Made by a program: the position numbers and the translations under genes
The notes under the pieces: model-generated
The model's input: only the letters and a program-made list of their open reading frames with translations
Databases searched by the model: none
Told to the model about the DNA's origin: nothing
Source of the DNA: Octopus vulgaris
Lineage: Eukaryota
Length of the DNA: 64,000 nucleotides
Direction of reading: 5' to 3'
Assembly (NCBI GenBank): GCA_951406725.2
Contig: OX597820.1
Location: forward strand, 68,138,001-68,202,000
Part shown: piece by piece, positions 1 to 13,479 of the stretch
How positions within the stretch are numbered: the first letter of the stretch is position 1
Layout of the letters: every line of letters starts with the position of its first letter

Positions 1-655
1 ATGAAGTGATGCCAAAAGTTGGTGCTTGACTTTGGTAGTATAGTCTAAAGCGCGCAAATGTGTGAGATGTCTATTAGACCTTTTCCTTACAACATCCACT
101 TAATGGATTGGGACAGACTTGGCTTCGGTGAGGTTCTGTTTAGTTTAGATCAGTAGAAACTTAATATTTAATGTAAGCGTCTACATTTACTATGATATTT
201 TGTAGATGAATGTAGTTATTATACTGTGGCCTTGCGCAACTAGTCTCAAAATTTCTGCTATTTGGCTTTAGTTCAGAGATTTTGAGCCAACATTTGCTTT
301 TATTCTCTGACTTACAAGATATTGGTCCTTGAGTGGTTTTCTCTACATGTTTTTTTCAATATATTTGCGAAAACACGTCCAGTTGTTTTGGGTTTATCTA
401 AATCTGTCGTTTCAACACATATGACGCACGTTTCATGTTCCTTATACTTAGCGGCTTTGCTACATTCTTAGTATTTCTCAAGACCTGCTGTTGCTGTTTT
501 GTATTCATTTTGTATTCGTATCAGAGACCTTGTGTGTGAGGTAGGTATATTCTAACTACATCAGCTTTGGCATGGTAGCTTCCGAAGTCTATGAGAAGTA
601 TTTTTCCAATGTCTAAATATCTCAACTCCCTTCAAATCAGGTTTCCAGCTAAATA

Positions 656-869
656 CTGGGTTGTCCGGAAAGTTCGTGTTGATTTTTAAAGGAAAGAAAA
701 TGGTCAATAAATACTTGCCATTACATTTTTAATCAACCAAATATGAACCATTTTGTTGCACAATGCGTCTCCATCTTTCCTTTAACTTGAGAATACCCTC
801 TTCCCAGAATTGAGGTGGTTTCATGGCAAAGAATTCATCAAGGTATCTTTTTACGTCATCCAAGGAATT
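656..869 (-). mobile_element. Mariner transposon fragment (one TIR plus transposase 3' end)
   Basis: Begins TA|ctgggttgtccggaaagttcgtg and is collinear with the start of the mariner at 48822-49390. Confidence 0.85.
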
Positions 870-979
870 ACAGCTTCACTGAGTTGAAGCTGTAATAACT
901 AATTGCAAAAAAACGAGCGTATTAACAAATATCTTCTTTCTAACATTATATCCTGCTTTTAATGTAACTTCACACTTAA

Positions 980-1543
980 GGCGGCGAGCTGGCAGAAACG
1001 TTAGCACGCCGGGCGAAATGCTTATCGGTATTTCGTCTGCCGTTACGTTCTGAGATCAAATTCCGCCGAGGTCGACTTTGCCTTTCATCCTTTCGGGGTC
1101 CATTAAATAAGTACCAGTTGCGCACTGGAATCGATGTAATCGACTTAATCCGTTTGTCTGTCCTTGTTTGTCCTCTCTGTGTTTAGCCCCTTGTAGGTAG
1201 TAAAGAAATAGGTATTTCGTCTGTCTTAACGTTCTGAGTTCAAGTTCCGCCGAGGTCGACTTTGCCTTTCATCCTTACGGGGTCGATTAAATAAGTAACA
1301 GTTACGCACTGGGGTCGATATAATCGACTTAATCCGTTTGTCTGTCCTTGTTTGTACTCTCTGTGTTTAGTCCCTTGTGGGTAGTAAATAAATAGGTATT
1401 TCGTCTGACTTAACGTTCTGAGTTCAAATTCCGCCGAGGCTGACTTTGCCTTTCATCCTTACAGGGTCGATAAATTAAGTACCATTTGCGTGCTGGCTCT
1501 TCCCCCAAAATTTCGGGCCTTGTGCCTAGAGTAGAAAAGAATA
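980..1543 (+). mobile_element. SINE family A (tRNA-like head, probable Nin-type central domain) with three internal ~183-bp tandem units
   Basis: Head ggcggcgagctggcagaaacgttagcacgccgggcgaaatgc; core gagttcaaattccgccgaggtcgactttgcctttcatcc repeated at ~1052, ~1236 and ~1420; many other copies in the window. Confidence 0.85.
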
Positions 1544-2288
1544 TAACTTGACTATTGTGTAGTACCCTTTCCTTATCTTTGCCTCCATTTTTCTGTTTTG
1601 TACATTATCGGTTTCTTTTTCTAAATATACGGGTTGTATGAGGTGAATTCTCTGATTTCAGTATTTATGTTTAGTTTCACACACCTAGTTCTAGTACATC
1701 AATTATTGCATATAAAAGCTTTAGCGTTCATAGAAACTCCTCTAATTCCATATCCATTCTTATGTCTTGGCTAAACCTATGTACTATTTTTATCAGGTTT
1801 CCAGCTAAATATTATTTCTCGTAAATATTTTCAAACCATTCGTCGTTTATAGTTCCACTGTAGCATCATCTGTTCCTCATTGTTATTTCATTCAACGTGC
1901 TTGTTAATGGCGTCAGTACAAGGCAAAAGATTTTGGGGTGGATATAGAAACCCCTTGAAAAATTCTTCTGCTTATAGATATTGGGCTGATTCTGTCTCTT
2001 CTTTGCTTTATAATGACATCATGTTTTTCGATTAACTAATCAGCATAGCTGATGTATTTCATTAGTATTGGAAACCCCTTTATGTTTGCAAAGTGCTATC
2101 AAATGCTTTTTAGTAGTCAAATCCAACCGCGCTACAGTTGGCTCCCTTCAAAGCGTATTGATCTTGTACTTTTCTTTTCTTTATTTTTCTACTCTTTTTT
2201 CCCCTTTTGATGTAGCATTCCTCTCTGTCTTCCTTAAAAGAAGAAAAAGATCTCATGTTTGCCTCAACTTTCTGAATATTTCCTCGCG

Positions 2289-2289
<1 letters not shown>

Positions 2290-2356
<67 letters not shown>

Positions 2357-2372
2357 TTTTATTATTATTATA
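2290..2372. repeat. (TTA)n microsatellite
   Basis: Direct reading. Confidence 0.95.
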
Positions 2373-2374
2373 AT

Positions 2375-2711
2375 GGTGAAGGCACATGGCTCAGTGGTTA
2401 GAGCGTCGAGTTTACGATCGTGAGGTTGTAAGTTCGAATCTTGGACCGGGCTGCGTGTTGTGTTCTTGAGCAAGACACTTTATTTCACGTTGCTCCAGTT
2501 CACTCAGCTGTAGAAATCAGTTGAAACGTCACAGGTGCCAAGCTGTATCGGCCTTTTCCTTTCCCTTGGATAATACTGGTGGCATGGAGAGGTGTGGCTG
2601 GTATGCATGGGCGACTGCTGGTCTTCCATAAACAACGTTGCCCGGACTTGTGCCTGGGAGGGTAACTTTCTAGGTGCAATCTCATGGTCATTCATGACCG
2701 AAGGGGGTCCC
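2375..2711 (+). mobile_element. tRNA-derived SINE family B (probable Meta/MESC-like central domain)
   Basis: Pol III A box TGGCTCAGTGG and B box GTTCGAATC followed by gtgttcttgagcaagacactttatttcacgttgctccag; near full-length paralog at 26689-27036. Confidence 0.85.
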
Positions 2712-2721
2712 AGCATTATTA

Positions 2722-3150
2722 AGGCAGTGGGCCGGTAGAATCGTTACCGCGCCGGACAAAAGGCTTACTGGCATTTCATCCGTCTTTAAGTACAGTTCAG
2801 ATTCCGCCGATATTGTCTTTGCCTTTCAACCTTTCTGGGTCGATAAAATACGTACCAGTTGCGCACTGGGGACAATGTAATCCTCAAAATTATTTCAGGC
2901 CTTTAGTAGAAAGGATTAATATTCTCATTGCGGCAGCGAGCTGGCAGAATCTTTAGAACATCGAACGAAATGCTTAGTGGCATTTCTTTCAGCCTTTATA
3001 AAGCTTTCTGATTTCAAATTCAACAGTGGTAGAATTTGTTTTTTATCATTCCGAGATCGATAAGATGAAGTAGCAGTGAACTAGCTGAATCTATGCAATG
3101 GACTAACCCCTTCCTCTAATAGTGCCGGCCTTGTACCAAAATTTGAAACA
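2722..3150 (+). mobile_element. Two decayed SINE family A copies in tandem
   Basis: Heads at ~2722 and ~2932 (ggcagcgagctggcagaatc), degenerate core gcctttcaacctttctgggtcgataaaa. Confidence 0.7.
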
Positions 3151-4237
3151 AGAAATTATCATTTTCTTTATTCCTGTGTGACCATCATATCACCTTAGCT
3201 CCATTTAAGTTTCAGTCAATTATTGAAATGATTGGGAGATTTTTGCATCGCATAAGGTTTGTTACTTTTCTTACAACTCATTTTGTTGCAAAGTTGACTA
3301 AGAACTGAGAGTAGTGGCCGTCTACCGGTTAGGCCCTCTTATAGGGCCGAATTTGTTGAAACTTTTCTTGAAATGTCTATCTTGGAAATAAAAAAAAAAC
3401 AAATGGCGTCGAAGCTGACAGACCACGAGGAAGAATAAAGGCTTAAAGAAACCAAGCAGAGCATTTATTTATGAAAGGGAAATCTTTTATTTTTTTTAAT
3501 GGAAGATAAAAACGTATGCAAGTTATCCATGCTGATTTGAGAAATGCACATTAGCAGCAACATTGGCAAAGCCACAAGTAGCATCGACCGAAACACTGTC
3601 AAAGACACCATCATCTATATCAACGCCACCAGCATCAGTGTGGTGATGATGCTAACACTATTACTGTTATCAGGAAGCTTAGCGCGGCCAGAGGTGAGAC
3701 GATTTCCACAGATGGTACCACCATCCAATCCGTCGACAACATTCGGAACAGCAACAACACTATACCACCACTATTGCCACCGGCACCAACAGCAGTAACA
3801 ATGAAAACAGCAACAACAACAACAGCAACAACACTACCACGGCCATCATCACCGCCAGCAACAGCAACAGGGAGAATGCCGTATCGCCCATCGCCTTTAC
3901 TGGAGTCAAGTAGAGTGCGGCGTCTGTTTTGTCATGATCATCATCAGCAACAGCGTCGATATCAATTGCAACAACGGCAACAACAATCTCGACTAACTTC
4001 ATCAAAAGCAACACTTTTGTCATCACCATCGCCACCAGTATAAACAAAGCCATCTCTTTTGCCGGATCCATACAATTCTGAATGGAACAGTCACTGACGA
4101 ATAATGAAGGCTTCGGGCAAAAATACAACGCTTGCATTGTTTAGCTTGACATGTTAGCCCTGCCAGAGGGAGAAACCGAACAGACGAAGGGACAGATCAT
4201 ACAGCATAAATATATCAACCATAAAATCAGGAATAAA

Positions 4238-4580
4238 GTTGACAACCCTATTCCTCTATAAGCTAAAAGTTGCCCGAAGGATGCGTGAGGGACCATATGA
4301 CACATCAAAAGAGGAAGGCAATATGGGGCAGTGACAGCCTTGTTTTCCATGAAGAAGAGACCAAGAAAATAGCAACAAAAGGCTACCCCTTCGAGGAATA
4401 TAAGGAATATATATAATTGACAACGCTACTCTTGTATAGGCCGAAAAATGCCTGAAGGTCGCATGGTATGCCATATGACATATGAAGAACGGGAGGCAAT
4501 ATGGAACGGTGGTAGCCTTGTGCTCAATAAAGAAGAGGCCAAGAAAATAGCAACAACAGCATGCTCGAGTATATATACAT
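4238..4580 (+). repeat. Diverged ~180-bp tandem duplication
   Basis: ccatatgacacatcaaaagaggaaggcaatatgg...aagaagagaccaagaaaatagcaacaa recurs as ccatatgacatatgaagaacgggaggcaatatgg...aagaagaggccaagaaaatagcaacaa. Confidence 0.8.
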
Positions 4581-6906
4581 ATATTATGACCATTTTGTAT
4601 AGCTCGGCAAGTAACTAAGGCGACAAACAATGATGCAGCACCTGACATAAACATTCATTTCTTAGTAATCATATTGAATGATCATGGACATGTGATCCCC
4701 TCCAGGTCAACCTCTCACCAGAACTAGTCGGAGGTTAAAATAGAGATTCACATTATGTTCACCTCTGCAAACTTCTGGAAATTATCGATAGGGAAGGAGT
4801 GCCAGGTGCTCCAATCACCTGAAGAATTTCTGTCCTCAGGTCAATGGAGAGAAACAACCCTTGCTACCTGTGCTATGACCACAAAATACACAGCAGTAGA
4901 AACTACAGCAACAGAAGCACTGAAAACCTAAGCAGTTGAGATAGACATCTAAGAAGAGTTGGTGAACAAGTAAGGACAGGGGCCCTGTTGTTTCAGAAGC
5001 TGGAATCGGATCTTTGCACCATTTCACTTGTTCTTTGAATATTTCCTAAAAATCTTCGAAGTAGGTATCGAGCTCTACAGCCTGTCATGAATTTCACACA
5101 AAGCTGTATATATCCGCTTGGAATCATCGGTTACAACACGCCCTTTGTAATCTGTTAAAAAAAAAAACCGTGTCATTCATCGCTTACCATTATATTTCTT
5201 TATCAGCTGGGTCCATCGTACATTTTTAGCGTTTGCGTTCCTTGGCACATTGAACCTCTTTGCTTGAAGAAAAGATTAAAAGATATTCTCGCCGCTTCTA
5301 TTTGTTTGTGAAACCCATTTCTATCCTTCTATCCTTCTATCCTTAGCTATCCTTTTATTCTGATGTATCCTGTTTACACTTCCTCTCTGCATATTATTGA
5401 GTCTTCTCTAATTTTTCTTTTCAAGCCTGCTTACCACTTGTTGTTCTACAATTGCTAATAGCTGCCAGAAATTCCCATAAAAAAACGTCACGTCGCTAAA
5501 TCGTACTCTGAAGGCTTATTCGTAGTGTGAACGCCGCGTACGGTTTTAAGCAACCAAATCACAATCTAAATGTCTTACTCACACTGGCTGTACAGATACT
5601 TGTTGACGCCTACTCATGTAAATCATTATACAACAGTGACAAGAAAGAAGGTGCTTATTGTTCAATGGGAATAACCAGAACATGTCCATAGTTGTCACGT
5701 TTACTTACCAAAATGAAACTGAATTAATACTTATCAGTGAGCTAATGATTTCTTTTCCTCTCTGCATAATTAACATTAATCAATTTGATTTTTAATCTCA
5801 AAATATCAATGGTGCTAACTGTTACTTTCGCACAGATGGCGTTCTGGGATAATTTCTTTCCCTTCCTTTTCGCTATGATCTCTTCCCCTGTACAATACTG
5901 TTCACAAATAAAATAATTCTTTCATCATTAACCTGTGTAGGGTACCTTAGTTCTTCATCCAGGATGTCTAATAATACCAAAGTTTACCAAGAGTTTCGGC
6001 CCATGTCCAGATCTAATTAATAATGGTCATTGAATTTTTCTTCTCACCAGATAAATATTATTTCTTAATGAGACTTGATCCATCATTACATTGAGTACCA
6101 TCATTCCAAATTATTTTGTTATATTCATTTTGTTTATATCACTCTTGATGAAAAATAAATGTCGTTGGTTGCTGGTTTCCAACGGATCAATTATTACTGC
6201 ACTGAATTTCTGGTGGTGAGAGTAATAGAAGAGTGCTCGAAAAGTTGTTCTTGTTAATCTATTAGATAGGTTTTCCCCCTCAACTACATTAAATATGAAG
6301 GGCCTAACATGACTACGGGTTTACTTGCAGATCATCCCTGGATAATTTTCCTCGATAATTTTCCTTTCATTACATTAGCAAATGTGTCGCGTCCGCTCCA
6401 TGATAGATGATATTTTAAGAAGTATTTGGTTGCTATTTCTAGATGGTCGAGCGACTACGTGGGAGGGGGGACTGTCTCCTCGGCAATATATAGAAATAGT
6501 GATTAGCTAATACTACAACCTATTAGCACCTGGTCACCACTGTTAGTTTCTTTACGAGCAGTGCTTCAATAACAACATTGCTTGAGTTGTTCTCCGTAGC
6601 TTTTAACATAGGATGTAACATATTCTCAGGACTCGCAAGTTGCTTTAACACTCGACAATTTTGGGGGAATGCCGCGAGCTGGCAGAATTGTTAGCATGTC
6701 AGACAAAATGCCAAGCGACATTTGCTTCGGCTCTATACATCGCTAAAGTTAAACTATGCCTTTCCTCTCTTCCGGATCGATAAAATGAAGTACTAGTCAA
6801 ATACAACCGACTCGTTCTTTCTCCTCAAAATTTCTGGCCTTGAATCTTGCAGCGGACTGGTGATCTGTTCAGGGGGAATATTGTGATCCGATCACTTGTG
6901 CCCTAT

Positions 6907-7146
6907 GGAGGCGCTTGGCTTGGTGGCTAGGGTGTTGGACTTATGCTCTTAAGATTGTGGTTTCGATTCCTGGCCCGCGTGACGCCTTGGTTCTTGAGTA
7001 AAACACTTCATTTCACGTTGCTCCAGTCCACTCAGCTGACAAAAATGAGTAATTCTGCGACGGACCGGCGTCTTGTCCAGGTGGGGAATATATATACACC
7101 ATGAAACCGGGAAACCGGTCCTTATGAGTCTGTATGACTCGAGAAT
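6907..7146 (+). mobile_element. tRNA-derived SINE family B variant
   Basis: ggaggcgcttggcttggtggctagg...gtttcgattcc...ttcttgagtaaaacacttcatttcacgttgctccagtccactcagctg. Confidence 0.75.
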
Positions 7147-7633
7147 GTAACCGGCTTTATGAGTCCTAGGGATCAGGAAAAATATATAAAATAAAATATT
7201 GGTGGTGGGAAGTTTCTGTGTGTTATTAACCTACTAGGAATTTAGTCAAATCTCCCCTTTAATCCTTCCTCACAATCTCAACAAAAATGAGCCGCTGTAG
7301 TGCAAGCTTACACTGTATCTTAACCAAAAAAATTCTGATTTTGGCATAAGGTAAGCAATTTTGAGGGTAGTGGAAAGTTAAGTACATTAATCCCATCGCT
7401 CAACTGGTTCATCACGAAATGATGAAAGGTAAAGTTGACTTCGGCAAAATAGTCAAGCGTTAAATGTTTTTTATCTTAGCTCAGTTCAACTGAGCTAAGA
7501 TAACAATTTACTAGAAGCATATTGCAAACGGTCCCTGATTGTTAAATATCTTGGCGATGGCACCGATTCATCTAAACTGGTGGTGACAGTGTATGAATTG
7601 CTCGACTTCTCGATATCTATGTGATGTTGACAG

Positions 7634-7756
7634 ATCATCATCATCATACCACCGTCGTCGCCACCACCACCACCACCACCACCACCGCCATCGCCGCCGT
7701 CACCAAAGCCACCACCACCACCACCACCACCACCACCACCACCACCGACGCCACCG
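7634..7756. repeat. (CAT)n/(CAC)n trinucleotide repeat
   Basis: Direct reading; source of the poly-His, poly-Thr and poly-Val ORFs. Confidence 0.9.
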
Positions 7757-8769
7757 AGGCTGTTCCGTCAATCGAATCAACTGGAACCCTTGTCGTCGTA
7801 ACTGACGGAGCCCCAGTAAGCAGGAAACTGATGAAGGTACCCTGTAAACGCACAAAGCCTTTAGCTCTCACAAACGTCAAACTTCTTTAATTTATATGTG
7901 GCTACGTATGTCTATTAAATCTCTTCCACTTGAAACCTTTCTCAAGCCAATTGACCACGAACCACTCCCTCATTCCGTTTCGGAATTCTTCTACTTGGTT
8001 GTCAATTGCTGTAAATATCGATCAATAGAGGATCAAAAACATTTGACATTTGCGAATAGAATTTCTAACAAGATCATCATGTCGGAACAATTTTCCTTTC
8101 TGAAAGCTATCCATTATTCTTTCCTACCTCAGGCACTTTTATCAGTCTTTCGTATAATTTCTGAATTTACCTCCAAGAAAATAACACTTGCAATCAGAAA
8201 TATTAAGCGAAAGACGACACTAACGCATCAACAATTGTGTACAGCGCACAAACCAGTAAAGGAGCCTCTATGGGCTTGTTTGATTTGTTAGAAACAACAG
8301 CGAAATCTCCCTGAAATATTTTCTTGCTACCCTCCTCCCCCCCCCCAAAAAAAACCCCCAATGTATAATGAAGTCTGCGAGTATCCTGTTAGAGCAAAAT
8401 ATGCAATGGCCATGGCTGGAATGCCTTTATACACAAGTCTGTGTGACCAGGGTAAAAATTATTGCATACAGATATCAAAAGATATTCATAAATACAAATG
8501 AGAAATATATAACTGAAATAATTAATCATGGAAAAATAATGTAGAATAATACCGGTCAAATATATTACTTTCAGCTTCAGTTACATGAAGTCGTTCTGTA
8601 ATCGGAATGATACCATTAGGCGCATCTGTTTGGGTGCTGATAATTTGGTACCATTGATTGGACTTTCAGTTAGTTTGGGCGACGGTACATTTTGGCACTG
8701 GAAGCAAACACATCCATACACATACACGCACACATACACACGCACGCACACACTCACACATATATATAT

Positions 8770-9000
8770 AAGGAGAATAAGACAGGGTAGAAAATTCTAA
8801 AATAATTTTATCATGAAGAACGTTTTAGTACTGGTTTCAGCCTTTGCGACTTTTTCATCTTAGAGTAAAGTATGAAAAATAATTAAATTGTGGAAAAATG
8901 AAATGAACTGCTTTTTAAAAATGTTTCCATAGTTTTCAAATGCCAGGGACATTTTCCTTTTTCCGGTCTGTCTCTGTCTCTCTTTTTTACTCTTGTGAGT
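8770..9000 (-). mobile_element. Decayed copy of HHR-bearing element family P2 (see 20405)
   Basis: Shares ggtagaaaat(t/g)ctaaaataattttat...agtac(t/c)ggtttc with 20405-20630 and 21789-22110; starts at a (TA) tract; ribozyme core eroded. Confidence 0.65.
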
Positions 9001-9038
9001 TCTAGCAGCAGTTAGTAGTAGTGGATAAAGGAAGTGGC

Positions 9039-9125
9039 GAAGAAGAAGAAGAAGAAGAAGAAGAAGAAGAAGAAGAAGAAGAAGAAGAAGAAGAAGAAGA
9101 AGAAGAAGAAGAAGAAGAAGAAGAA
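9039..9125. repeat. (GAA)n microsatellite
   Basis: Direct reading. Confidence 0.95.
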
Positions 9126-9213
9126 TGCAGGGCTGGTATGACAGTAGCAGGATGTTGGTGGAATCCTTTTAAATGGTCTGACTTAAAAGTGACCCGTCGT
9201 GTTTGGAATAGTA

Positions 9214-9296
<83 letters not shown>

Positions 9297-10712
9297 CGAC
9301 AGGCTTTCATACAGTTTTCCTCTACTACATTCACTCGCATGGCATTGGTCGGTCGGAGGTTGTATGAAAAGGCCGAAGGAGCCCCATGATGTGACTGAAT
9401 CCGATGGCACGTGATTGCAAAATGAGCTTCTCAACCACACAGCCATACCTGTGCCTGTCAAGGGAAAGGATATTTTACAGAAGTTCTCGAGAGCTACAGT
9501 GCGCTGGAATGTGACTTAATAGAATAAATTGAAGCAAATCCTACCTAAAGGTAACTATGCTTATAACCAGCGAAAAGTACGTATCGGAGAACCATGTGTA
9601 TCGTAAAACTGGAGTTACACTTTCATTTCTTATGAATCCTTCCTCCGTGACACATGACTAGGATTTATTCATATTTTTTGGAAGTGAATACATCAGATAT
9701 GATATTCCTTATCATAAAAGCAATATCACTTTTTCCGACACGAAAAAGAAAATTAACCTCAACCTGTAAGGGACAAATTGTTCATATATATAATTCATAT
9801 TCAAGCTAATCAATTCCTTAATATATAACGAATTAACTATTTCTGCTATAGTTATTAAATACTAAGAAACTACATTAATTACTTTATGTTATTTCTTCAC
9901 TGTAATAATGTATATTTAAACTGAGCATGATTACGTAAACAATCATAAGCCAAATAAGACTGTGTACCATGATTTTTTCCCTTGGGTAGCGACTGTTATT
10001 TTCTACTTGCTTACCCCTAGAAAGTATGCAGAATGGCGATTTCTTTCAAACTTTACTTTTCTTACATTTGTTCAAACCCCAAAGAATCCCTCTCAGCACA
10101 TGGATTTGATTCTTCCCCACTTCTCCTGGTCCTCATCAGAGTTGCACATAGTGTCAGCCACTTAGGGACATGCTCAAGGGGTTAAAGTCAAGCAACTGAC
10201 AAGCAAATCTGTGGTATTATTGAGCAGAATATTTGCTACAACGATATTCCTGCTTCTGCAACTCAGCGCTGAATCTGTCTGAAATGTAATGGAAAATAGG
10301 TCAGTTTTAAAACATTGATGTCCAAGTCACAAATGCAAAGCTTGAAGGGAATAGCAATTTCCTTTGATTTCTAGATAGAAGAAAATATGATAACGGTTAC
10401 TTGGTTAAACTGTTATACAGTGTAATGAATTCATCTGCTTAGATTACTGTTTGTATGGATAAGTTTATATCAATAGATATATGTACGCAAGATTTAGAAT
10501 TTATCAGAGAAGCTACTGATACAAGAAAGTTGTTAACTATGCATTATACGGCATCTATGCTTATAGGCAGTGTGTAAAAGAATGTGCGTCAAGAGATAGA
10601 CAAAAACGTTCTATGAAGAGCCATCAAAATAATACTATAGCGCATACAATAAGAGCTACCCATCTTTGTCACGACTGTGCTAAAGCATTTAAGTACCCCA
10701 TTCGTGCTGCCA

Positions 10713-11117
<405 letters not shown>

Positions 11118-11622
11118 AAAATCTGTATGTGTGTGTGTATGTGTATGAATATGTATATGTACGTAAGAGTGGCTATATGGGTGCACCTGTGCGTGTGGGA
11201 GAGGGAGAGGAAAGAAAGAAAAGAGAGAGTGGGGAGAGAGAAGAGAGTAAGGGAAGAGGTGGAGAGGGCAGGGGAGAGTGAGGAAAGAGAGTGGGGAGAG
11301 CGAGAGAGTGTGTATGTGTGTGTGTGTCTCTCAGAGTTTATTTTTGACTTTTCTTTAAATTGACATCAGAATAGATTAATGGGGGTTTTGTTTTCAGTGG
11401 CATGTTTCCAGTTGTCAATACGAACACATGCAAACAACCATACGCATTTAGGTGCTCAAACACACATATACATACACATATGTATTGTGTATATATGTAT
11501 ATATATATATATATATATATACATACATACATACATTAATATATATACGTTTGTGTGTGCGTGTACACACACTCACATATGTATATATGCACACATATAA
11601 GACCGTAATAGTACACACGTGC

Positions 11623-11673
<51 letters not shown>

Positions 11674-12562
11674 TACACACCCAGTTATACGTTTACATAT
11701 ATGTGTGTTTGTGTGAATGTATGTGTTTGTGTGTTTGAGTGTATGTGTGTGTGCATGTGTGTGTGTGTGTGTGTATGGCTTTTTTTTGATATTTCGTTTC
11801 ATTCATACAACGTTATTGGTTGCTTCACCTTGTCTTCCTGATTGCATTGAAAGATATTTCTAATTTCAATTAGCTATTAGCCAAATATTCATAACGTATG
11901 AAAGCCACTGAAAAACAAAAGGTTAAGTTCCTGATCAAGGTCTAGTTCTCCCTACAATATCTGCTGCTGGGTGATATGAATGACCTTTAATATTCACGGC
12001 ATTGCTTTTGTAAGTACAGAATTTTAAACTATGGCAAAAATTCATGTTGACGCTATAAAGAGAAATAATTGTAGGAGATAAAAATTATTAGAACTGCTTA
12101 CTTTACAGAATTAGTTTGAGACCAATTATAAAATTATATTTGTGAGTATCAAAGCTTAATATATGCTAATTAATCTCTTACTGAATTCACTTGAATAATA
12201 TAACTTCATACGCATAAGTAACTGTGTAAACTTATGCCTCAGTTACTCCTTCTTTATGTGGAACCAAATGTTCCTTGTTTTTAAACGTCATTAGTCTTAA
12301 GAAATTTCTTTTTCATGAAATGCAATGACTCATCGCATTGATATTTTATGCAATTTTCACAAAAGTTCAATGGGCGATAGAATGAAATTATTTAAATTAA
12401 GACGATATATGATGTTTTTGCAGCCGATCAGAGTCGATTTTCTGCCTAAATAAACTGAGTAAAGATGAAATGAACGGATAGATAAGGTATTCGACGACTG
12501 ATGTGTTGCAAGTTCAAATCCGATCTAGTAGACATTTTGGTGTGTTTATATGCTAACAACAT

Positions 12563-12618
<56 letters not shown>

Positions 12619-13111
12619 CCACACACACACATGTTTGTGTTAAGTATGTGTGTTCTCTACTGTTTTTAATTATTTGAACTCATCCTTTGAGGAAGGAGCT
12701 GGTTTCTAAAAAAGATACGAAGCTCCATCCTTGAAATGTAGATAACAAAACCAATGTTATAATTAAATCTGAGAAAAGTCTTGTATATTCTTACTGTTCT
12801 AATTGCAAGTTGTATTTGTGATATGCGCGTTGGTTGATTTCTTTTCTGAAAACCTTAACTTAACCGAACTGTCAGAAGACCATCAATTGTTATTGGATTA
12901 AATATGAATTTATACTCTGATATAGAAGCTGGAGGTTCAGAAGTATTTGTCTATAGTTATCTTTTTTCTCTATAGTTATGTTTTTTCTCTTTGAATTTCA
13001 AAGAGATATTTGGATTAGCAGTACAATTGACCTATATGATAGTACATACATTTTTTTGTCTGTCCCAAACATCAATGTCGGACCTGTTATGTTTCCACTT
13101 ACTCTTTTTCT

Positions 13112-13479
13112 TTTTACTCTTTCTATTTTCTTCAGTCATTTGACTGCGGCCATGCTGGAGCACCGCATTTAGTCGAGCAAGTCGACCCCTATTCTATCGG
13201 TCTCTTTTGCCGAACTGCTAAGTAACGGGGACGTAAACACACCAGCATCGGTTGTCAAGCGATGTTAGGGGACAAACACAGACACACACACACACATATA
13301 TATATATACATATATACGATGGGCTTCTTTTAGTTTCCATCTATTAAATCCGCTCACAAGGCTTTGGTCGGCCCGAGGTTAGAGTAGAAAACACTTGCCC
13401 AAGGTGCCACGCAGTGGGACTGAACCTGGAACCATGTGGTTGGTAAGCAAGCTACTTACCACACTGCCACTCCTACACC
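13112..13479 (-). mobile_element. SINE family C (tRNA head, CORE-like domain, internal TG/TA microsatellite, CR1-like tail)
   Basis: Reverse complement of 17470-17866; head aggagtggcagtgtggtaagtagcttg, core ggcaccttgggcaagtg. Confidence 0.85.

Larger units (their letters stand above)
1..2288 (-). mobile_element. Decayed R4/Dong-clade (RLE-type) non-LTR retrotransposon, RT and C-terminal region, interrupted by a mariner fragment (656-869) and a SINE (980-1543)
   Basis: Minus-strand translation gives frameshifted motifs in the expected order: W-I-D-Y-*-K-A-F-D-S (~2095-2125), ISRRIFQG..S..FCLVLTPLTSTLN (~1890-1985), IVHRFSQDIRM (~1755-1790) and HAKADVVRIYLP..QGL (~525-575). These match R4/Dong-type WIDYKKAFDS, RRGIFQGDSLSP.FCLAL, FS.DI.M and HPKADV.RLY.PR..GG.GL. 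Confidence 0.7.

Noticed and set aside
980-1543. CRISPR-like regular repeats
   Set aside because: Eukaryotic context; units are ~183 bp and wholly repeated with no unique spacers; no cas genes.
2378-2452. tRNA gene-like sequence with A and B boxes (also 26689, 60525, 62463)
   Set aside because: No complete cloverleaf; each continues into a shared SINE body, so these are SINE heads.
4960-6500. Possible very old non-LTR RT remnant on the minus strand (e.g. RP...NVEGK near 6270-6305)
   Set aside because: I could not recover enough ordered diagnostic motifs by eye; needs a frameshift-aware HMM search.
7896-8291. 131-aa non-repetitive ORF
   Set aside because: No recognisable domain, AT-rich codon usage like the background, and no splice context.
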